Part shown: piece after piece, positions 53,678-64,000 of the stretch
Position numbering within the stretch: the first letter of the stretch is position 1
Layout of the letters: the number at the start of each line of letters is the position of its first letter
Source of the DNA: Plasmodiophora brassicae
Taxonomy: Eukaryota
Direction: 5' to 3'
NCBI GenBank assembly: GCA_036867785.1
Contig: CP145423.1
Location: forward strand, 806,001 to 870,000
DNA: 64,000 nucleotides
Notes under the pieces: model-generated
Databases searched by the model: none
What the model was told of the DNA's origin: nothing
The model's input: the letters and a program-made list of their open reading frames with translations, nothing else
Position numbers and translations under genes: made by a program

Positions 53678-54692
53678 AAGCTCCGGCGACTTGATACCGG
53701 ATGGCAACCGTTGTAGCCGAGGGTTGCCCGTCGATCGACGGCATCGATGATGACGACCAGCTCCCCAGATCCACCAGTGGCCCGATTGAAGAACCCCCGG
53801 CCCCTGCCACGTATGAGTCGATATAGGCGGTTTTATCAGAGGTCGCGGCAGTGTGCGGCGTGTGATGGTTCGGGCCCCTTCGTATTCGCTGGAACAGCTG
53901 GGTGTCAGCCTGCATGCGCCGGATCGGACACATGCAGACTGCCGCCCTGCTGGTCCAGGGAGTGCGGAGGAGCTGGCCTGCGCGGCGCCCGACTTGTCAG
54001 CTGGTGAGGAGTGGTGTGGCTCAACGGCTTTGTCGTGCCCGTTATCCTGTCGATGCGGTCATGGCGATCGATTTGGAAAATGCCGACCCGACCCGAAAAA
54101 GGGGGAGCCATGCGCACAATGCTCGGGTGGCGACTGCTGACTGGTGAATGGTGATCCAACGCCACTGCAATGTTTTCGGGCCCCAATTGACTGTGGTGTC
54201 CAATTATTATTGGTCACTGACGGGGTTTGGACGCTGACCTCGGACCCCAGCCCCAGTCGCCGTTTAGTGTACGCACAGCGCTGTACGCAGAGCAGGGCCT
54301 ATCTTCAAGGGGTTGCAGAATGTTCCCGCGTACATACCTACGACGAGGGCCGTTAAACCAAAATGTTCAGTGGGGTGAGAACAACGACAGCACACAGTGA
54401 ATACGGCTATCGACCGGATGGGCGGACCCGAATCACAGTTGTCAAACGACGCATGGCTCGGTACCGACCGGTAGACGCAGGTCCTATGCTGCTGACCGGA
54501 TCACCGGGACGAACAAAACGCGGTTTCCGGTGACGGACGGGGGAGGTCCCCGGAGACCGAGCTGCAGTTCGACGGGCGGTGGACGTCGTCGTTGCCCGTT
54601 GCGTCGACGGATTCGTCGGCCGCGGCGCGACACGGGGCGCCTGTGACAGCGTGTACGCCGTGGACGTGCACGCTGCAACCCGCAGCGCATCG

Positions 54693-58787
<4,095 letters not shown>

Positions 58788-58930
58788 CAAGGTGCCGCCG
58801 GGACGCAGGCGCCCGCCCGGTCGCCCACAATCGCATAAACCGATGGGACATAGGATGCCAGGATCCCCCAGTGCCTGTGTACGTCTGATGCAGCCAGCGG
58901 GCGAGTTCGACAACGGATCAACGACGGTGG

Positions 58931-60543
58931 CTAGGCGGCTTCATTGAACAATATGTCATCCTTGATCACGACTGCGGCGCACACGACCATCGTCAGCAGG
59001 GGAACCGATACGAACGAACGCAGCTTACGGTCGGCTTCGATCGTATAGGACGACCCGATGGTCGAGTTCGCGACGCTGCTCTGCTCCTGGAGGCGCGACT
59101 GCTGCCCGATGACGCTGCTCTCGACGCAGCAACTGACGGAACGTTCAGCACACGGCCGCGTTGTCCCCGCATCGAGGACGCGGGATGTCGAACCTACCTG
59201 GCGGCGACGTGGGCGCCGTCGAGCAGGACGGATCTCGTGACGACCGCATTGGGGCCGACGGAGCACCCGGGCCCGATGACCGAGTCGCGAAGCACGGCGC
59301 CCTCGCCGATGTGGACGTTGGCGGCGATGAGCGACTTGGAGATTTTCGCATGGGCGTGCGCCGGGTCGTCGGCCCGGTTGCCCCGATGGACCAGGGCCCA
59401 GTGCGCCTGCGACGCGCTGCACAGGACGAGGTTGGCCCTGGCGTAGGCGGGCAGCGAGTTGATCCGCGTGCAGTAGTACTGGTCGGGCATGACGAGCGCG
59501 TAGCACCCGTTGATCGGGTCGCTGTCCGGCTCGAACATGTACGACATCGTGCGCGCCAGCTGGATGTCCGACTGGTCGCCCAGCAGGTCGTCGAACGGGA
59601 ACGGGCGCGCGAACTGCTTCTGGACCAGGTAGGGGATCAGCTCCCGGTAGACGTCAGTGATGCCTGAACGGGGGCATTGAGAAACGTGACGCACAACGCG
59701 ACCGCCGCTGTTACCCTTCTTGGCGTCGAGCACGTCGAGGACCCAGTGCGCCAGGATGGCGATGCCGGTCGTCTGGATGCGCGTCTGGACGGTCAGCGAC
59801 CCGCCTGCCTGCTGCAGGATGGACGGGCCGAGCGAGAACGTCTGGTCCGATTCGATGTCGGCGGCCAGGCGCAGGTACACGAGTCGGTCGCCGTCCATGG
59901 CGACGTAATGTCGGGTCATGTCCGCCGCCAGCGCCGTGCGCCGCTGACGTGCTGACTCGCCGTCGGGCAATTGCATCCGGTGAAGCAGGACCTGAACGAC
60001 GACGACGACGGTGAGGTTCCCCGACAGGCGGCGAGCGCACGCGCGGGATACGGACGGTGGCACCGGCGACCCGGGTTCGATGCAGGTCGGCGAGCTCCAG
60101 CAGCGGCATCGTGCAGATGATGTCGGTGTCGACCAGCAGGAAGTCGTGGTCGATGTACCCGCGAACCTTCCGTAAGGCTGCTCGGCGGCGGCCGGCAATC
60201 AGCGACTGTGGTGGTGGTGGCCCATGGCACAGGCGGCGGACGTACCCTCGGCGGACCCGATGTTGTTCGGTACGTGCTCGACGCGGATCTTCATCGGTAT
60301 GTCGTCCATGACGTGGCGCAGGGCGGCGGAGACGGCGGCGTGCGCCGACTGCGACACGACGACGATGCAGGACTCGAAGCCGGCCTGCGCGATCTGGTAC
60401 AGCGGGAAGACGACGAGCGGGACGTTGCCGAGCGGCATCGCGGGCAGCGGCACCGTCTCCGACACCGGGTGCAGGTTCGACCGGTCGTCCAGCGCCAGCA
60501 GGACGGCATCGAACTCCACGAACCGGACGGCGTCTGGATCCAT
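58931..60543 (-). CDS. EIF2B3: Translation initiation factor eIF2B subunit gamma
   Basis: Nucleotidyltransferase-like N-terminus (EFDAVLLA...MPLGNVPLV, GSAE|ALR, DFLLVDTDII), ELIPYLVQKQF, CTRINSLPAYARAN, and C-terminal hexapeptide repeats (IGEGAVLRDSVIGPGCSVG). Confidence 0.85.
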
Positions 60544-60673
60544 CGGTGCCGGCAGCGCTGGGCCTCACGGACTCCGATGTCGCTCTCGGGCAGTCCGGCA
60601 CTGCCGCTGGCCACTGCAGTCTGCAGCTGCGTCACAGCGGCAGCTGCAAGGCAGGCGTGGCGCACATCCGGAA

Positions 60674-60698
60674 CTGCTGCTGCTGCTGCTGCTGCTGC
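60674..60698 (+). repeat. (CTG)8 microsatellite upstream of eIF2B-gamma
   Basis: ctgctgctgctgctgctgctgctgc. Confidence 0.85.
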
Positions 60699-61020
60699 AC
60701 GCCGCTGCGTATTCGTAATACCGTGACGGTACCGGCATCACCAGGAGACAAACGTTGGTGGTCGAAACGTGGTGGACCAACGGTGGGCGGGAACGTACGT
60801 CGCGGTGGCGGGTCGCGACTCGTGTCGGGCGAACGTAGCGCTCGGCCGGACGCCATGGGGCACCACCACCATAACCGGGTCGACCGGCGCTCAAGTTCTA
60901 ATTCGGGAGCCGAAGTTGCGACTTGTCGGCTCTGGATCACGCGACCCATTCCAGGGTGTCGCCGTGATTCGTCCGCCTCAAGTACCGACGAGGGACAGCC
61001 CGGGGCGCTCGCCTACCATT

Positions 61021-61140
61021 ATGAGCGCTGTGACTTTGACCGCGCTGCTCGTCGTGTCCCTCATCGTCGCGGCCATGGAGCATCAAGACCAAGCAGGCGC
61101 GACTGGCAACGACAGGCCGGCTCACCCGCAGATTGTATAA
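61021..61140 (+). CDS. Possible small secreted peptide or truncated secreted-protein gene (39 aa)
   Basis: MSAVTLTALLVVSLIVAA-MEHQDQAGATGNDRPAHPQIV*, which has a clean signal-peptide shape. Confidence 0.3.
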   Translation: MSAVTLTALLVVSLIVAAMEHQDQAGATGNDRPAHPQIV

Positions 61141-61184
61141 ACGTGTAAAACGGTATACCGGACGACACGTATTCGAACGGGTTG

Positions 61185-62642
61185 CTAGCTGCCCTGCTTC
61201 CCAGTTGCCACGGCTGGGGCAACGATCGCGGTCCTCTTCGCCTCTGACGACGGAACGGCCATGGCCGAGTCGACCTTCCCGACACGCAGTTTGCCCAGGA
61301 CGTTGTCCATGGCGGACGGCTCCGGTCGAAACGTGGCCACCAGGGAAGATACGGCCAGCAATCCGCAAACCTGGTTGACGAAATGCGCTGCGAGGAAATG
61401 GGTCGGCGACATATCCTGGACGGCCAGCGTCACGAAATGTGACGCGATAAACATCGCACCGAGTAGCCAGCTGATGCGAAGCCGCGTGGCGAACACCCGC
61501 CGACGCCCGCTGAGAGCGGTGCTAACCCCGACGCCTATTTGACGCTGCGAAGCGAGGACCTGACGGGTGACGGCAACGCAGGCATACCCCTGGTTGACGC
61601 TAAAGATGGTGAGAGCGCCTCCAAAGAACAGGTAGCTGGCGACGACGCCCATCGGCATCACCTGTGTGTTTGCTGCTATGCCGAGGACGACAAACGTCGC
61701 GACAATGATCAAGGTGCCCGCAGCAACCGCGATCCGGTCTGCAATTAGCACGGAGGGGTCCGGTCCCAAGGCGGCCAACGACGGTGTCATTATCAATGCG
61801 ATGCCGACACGAACCATGGAGATAAGCGGGAGCTCCAGGTAGCTGGTCAGAACAAGCGCGCCAAACGGCAAGCCCTGATTGTGGAACCAGGCGATATTGG
61901 CGGCTCGCACACAGCGGACGGCCTGTCCCAGGAACACAGCAGCGAGTGTGACAATGGCGGCCCGGGGTGGCGCCCTAAGTGCCCACTTGTCATCCACCAC
62001 GAACTGTAGGATTCGGAATACAATGAAGACGATGATTGCCCCGGATGCGATGACGGTGAATGTAAAGGCGGCGATCATGGAGGGCCGGCGCAGGGCCAAG
62101 GACGCCGGGTTCGCTTCAACCGATGGCCCATCGGAAGCCATACAGATAACGTCGTTGCCTGAAACCCCGTCGAGATCATCGACGACAACAACAGCTGGTA
62201 CACTCGCCAAGGGGCTTACTTCCGGGATCCAGTATGACCAAGCGATGATCTCCAATGTTGTTCGAAGCAGGCTGGATGGGTTGGCATGGAACACTAAACC
62301 GGCGCAACCGTTGACGCGGCAGGCCCTGGTCCAGTCGGCAACGTTAACGGTGACCGTGTTCACTTCGACGACAATGATGCGATTCGATGCGTGTGGGCCG
62401 ACCGACGACAGGTGGGCGTCGGCACCGCCAAGCGCAAGGACGGCTGTCGACGAGATGTTGAACGTTGTGTTCTCGAATGCGAACCCATAGCTGGTCACGG
62501 AACGAACGTTGCCATCAAAAAACGTTTCAGTGCGCAAATGCCGTGGCGATGATGACGTCGAGCGGAACGCGGTGTGGCGAGGTCGAGCGAGAACGACAAG
62601 GGTGCTGCGGCGAGGTAGCGCGGCGCCGGGCCCGTGACCCAT
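61185..62642 (-). CDS. 7TM receptor-like protein with PA-domain-like ectodomain; 5' end uncertain
   Basis: Long intronless ORF; PA-like NRIIVVEV...WTRACRVNGCAGLVF...VPAVVV, then about seven hydrophobic segments and a short polar tail. Confidence 0.65.
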   Translation of the reverse strand: MGHGPGAALPRRSTLVVLARPRHTAFRSTSSSPRHLRTETFFDGNVRSVTSYGFAFENTTFNISSTAVLALGGADAHLSSVGPHASNRIIVVEVNTVTVNVADWTRACRVNGCAGLVFHANPSSLLRTTLEIIAWSYWIPEVSPLASVPAVVVVDDLDGVSGNDVICMASDGPSVEANPASLALRRPSMIAAFTFTVIASGAIIVFIVFRILQFVVDDKWALRAPPRAAIVTLAAVFLGQAVRCVRAANIAWFHNQGLPFGALVLTSYLELPLISMVRVGIALIMTPSLAALGPDPSVLIADRIAVAAGTLIIVATFVVLGIAANTQVMPMGVVASYLFFGGALTIFSVNQGYACVAVTRQVLASQRQIGVGVSTALSGRRRVFATRLRISWLLGAMFIASHFVTLAVQDMSPTHFLAAHFVNQVCGLLAVSSLVATFRPEPSAMDNVLGKLRVGKVDSAMAVPSSEAKRTAIVAPAVATGKQGS

Positions 62643-62649
62643 GGGGTGC

Positions 62650-64000
62650 TGAAACAGTAGTGGAAGCCCCCCGTCGCTCCTTCCTGGTGTGGGAAACCGG
62701 GTTGCTCGTCGCACGCCGGGTCCATGACCCGGCCGCACCACACGGATTGGGCCGTGCCCGATCTGTCACCCCGACAGTCTGTGGCTGGAGGGGAACCCGG
62801 ACGGTCGGTGACCGGAAGGGCCCAGCCAAGGGTAGTAACCCGAGGCTTCACCTGACTTCCCGTGGTCGTCAGGTTAGGGAAAGCGTCTGTGGCGCCTACC
62901 CTGCTGGAAGGACAAACAACACACAAACAACCAAAACTACGAAAACCTCAATACCGTACTCCAATACTCCAAACTGCACCCTGAGCACTACATACGGCCC
63001 TACCTCTACCTCCCCTCATCGCACTCAACAAAACGCCATAAATACTCACACTGAAGCACCCATGAGAAAAGGTAAACAGCGAAGTCATCATAAAAATTAC
63101 CAAAACACAGAGCACCCCTGCGCCATATATGACAATGCCCTAACAGCACACAGCCCTCCGCTAGGTGAGCCCGCTGCGGAGTCCGAGGCGCACCCTCCAA
63201 CCCCTACACTGACAGCAGGAGGCGCATACCTTGGCCGGACGATGGACCACGACCCCCGCACTGGTGACAGAATGGAAATTCTCGACACCGAACACGCTGA
63301 ACACCGCTTAGCCACAAAGCGCTCTAGGACGAACGAACCGCTGCCTATGCCTAACGAGCGAAATGTAGCCAGGCCGAAGTGGAAAGCCGCTAAAGCTGGA
63401 ACCGACGTTGCCACCCTTGAGCGCATTTGGAGCACACCTCCAACGAGCACAGATGAAGATGACTACCATGACACGGCTGCAGTCATCCCGCACACCCCGA
63501 CGAGCGCCAAAGGCCTGATAGCTATGCTCCACCAGCGGCTCCCTGGGCTGCAGCACTTCAACCTCACATCGAACATCAGCAAGGGCAAGCGCCCGAACGA
63601 ATTCCTACTACACGGGTTAAAAAAGGGTAAAAACTCAACACATACCCAGCACACCTCGACACATTTACACACCTCTGACCCCCCCATGGTGCAGGCCAAT
63701 ATCGGGCTATACAAGGAGCGGCTCAGGCGATCGGCGCCGAATGCCGCCCGGGCCAATCACACCACAGACAGATTATCATTTACAACTGCTCGGTCCACGA
63801 TATCGATGACATATTGTCGATCGGCTACCCAGGACAGCCGGTGCCCTACAACATCGCACAGACGAACTCCGGAAACCATGCAATTGCCAGCTTCGCGACT
63901 AAGGAGGAAGCGGATACAGTGGCCAAGGCCAAGAAAATCCGAGCGGGAAAGATGCAGTGGCGAATCAAACAATGCCGCTCGAACACTAGCATCGTATGTC
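62650..64000 (+). mobile_element. 5' portion of a probable retrotransposon (structured leader, A/C-rich segment, ORF1/gag-like frame); left boundary approximate, truncated by window edge
   Basis: Abrupt switch to an A/C-rich plus strand after ~62910. An ORF opens at ATG 63062 and contains an RRM-like segment leading to a Cys at the window edge. No RT or endonuclease is visible in the window. Confidence 0.55.
63062..64000 (+). CDS. ORF1/gag-like nucleic-acid-binding protein (partial; absent from the ORF track because it has no stop in the window)
   Basis: With intron 63627-63694 removed it reads ...EFLLHGLKKGQYRAIQGAAQAIGAECRPGQSHHRQIIIYNCSVHDIDDILSIG...NHAIASFATKEEADTVAKAKKIRAGKMQWRIKQCRSNTSIVC. 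Confidence 0.55.
   Translation, partial: MRKGKQRSHHKNYQNTEHPCAIYDNALTAHSPPLGEPAAESEAHPPTPTLTAGGAYLGRTMDHDPRTGDRMEILDTEHAEHRLATKRSRTNEPLPMPNERNVARPKWKAAKAGTDVATLERIWSTPPTSTDEDDYHDTAAVIPHTPTSAKGLIAMLHQRLPGLQHFNLTSNISKGKRPNEFLLHGLKKGKNSTHTQHTSTHLHTSDPPMVQANIGLYKERLRRSAPNAARANHTTDRLSFTTARSTISMTYCRSATQDSRCPTTSHRRTPETMQLPASRLRRKRIQWPRPRKSERERCSGESNNAARTLASYV

Noticed and set aside
53300-54690. ncRNA or small gene in the SMC3/Ca-ATPase intergenic region
   Set aside because: No tRNA cloverleaf, snRNA motif or credible ORF could be identified by eye.
62850-62907. HDV-like or hammerhead ribozyme call
   Set aside because: The act-tcccgt-ggt loop resembles P3/L3, but a nested P1/P2/P1.1 pseudoknot and catalytic J4/2 could not be assembled, and there is no CUGANGA core. 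Kept only as a structured leader.
63615-63690. Programmed -1 frameshift at TTAAAAAAG or the C7 run
   Set aside because: A shift at the A-run hits a stop immediately in the -1 frame. An in-phase canonical intron with a branch point explains the frame change more simply.

Overview
A GC-rich, gene-dense eukaryotic window with many short (~45-95 nt) GT-AG introns. The style suggests a plasmodiophorid protist such as Plasmodiophora brassicae, which is an inference and was not verified. Housekeeping genes present: BOP1 3' end, a cyclin T/K-like gene, UBA2/SAE2, an SDP1/TGL4-type patatin lipase, IRE1, TFIIF RAP74, mitochondrial bL19, beta'-COP, SMC3, a SERCA/ECA3-type Ca-ATPase and eIF2B-gamma. The standout accessory system is a cluster of three paralogous adhesion-GPCR/polycystin-like receptors. 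Each has a signal peptide, a degenerate CAP/SCP domain, a polybasic (RRPTT)n stalk, a REJ-like module, a GAIN/GPS site (C-S-C-T-H-L|T-D-F-A-L-V-M) and 7TM. Their stalks differ hugely (~40, ~340 and ~1140 aa) and their sequences are mosaic. Other accessory content: two signal-peptide + acidic + C2HC zinc-finger genes (transcription-factor-like effector candidates), two PA-domain-like 7TM receptors, a probable GPI-anchored helical surface protein, fragments of a degenerate repeat family with a perfect 36-bp fold-back palindrome, and the 5' end of a probable retroelement whose ORF1-like frame appears to contain a spliceosomal intron. No tRNA, rRNA or CRISPR array could be supported.
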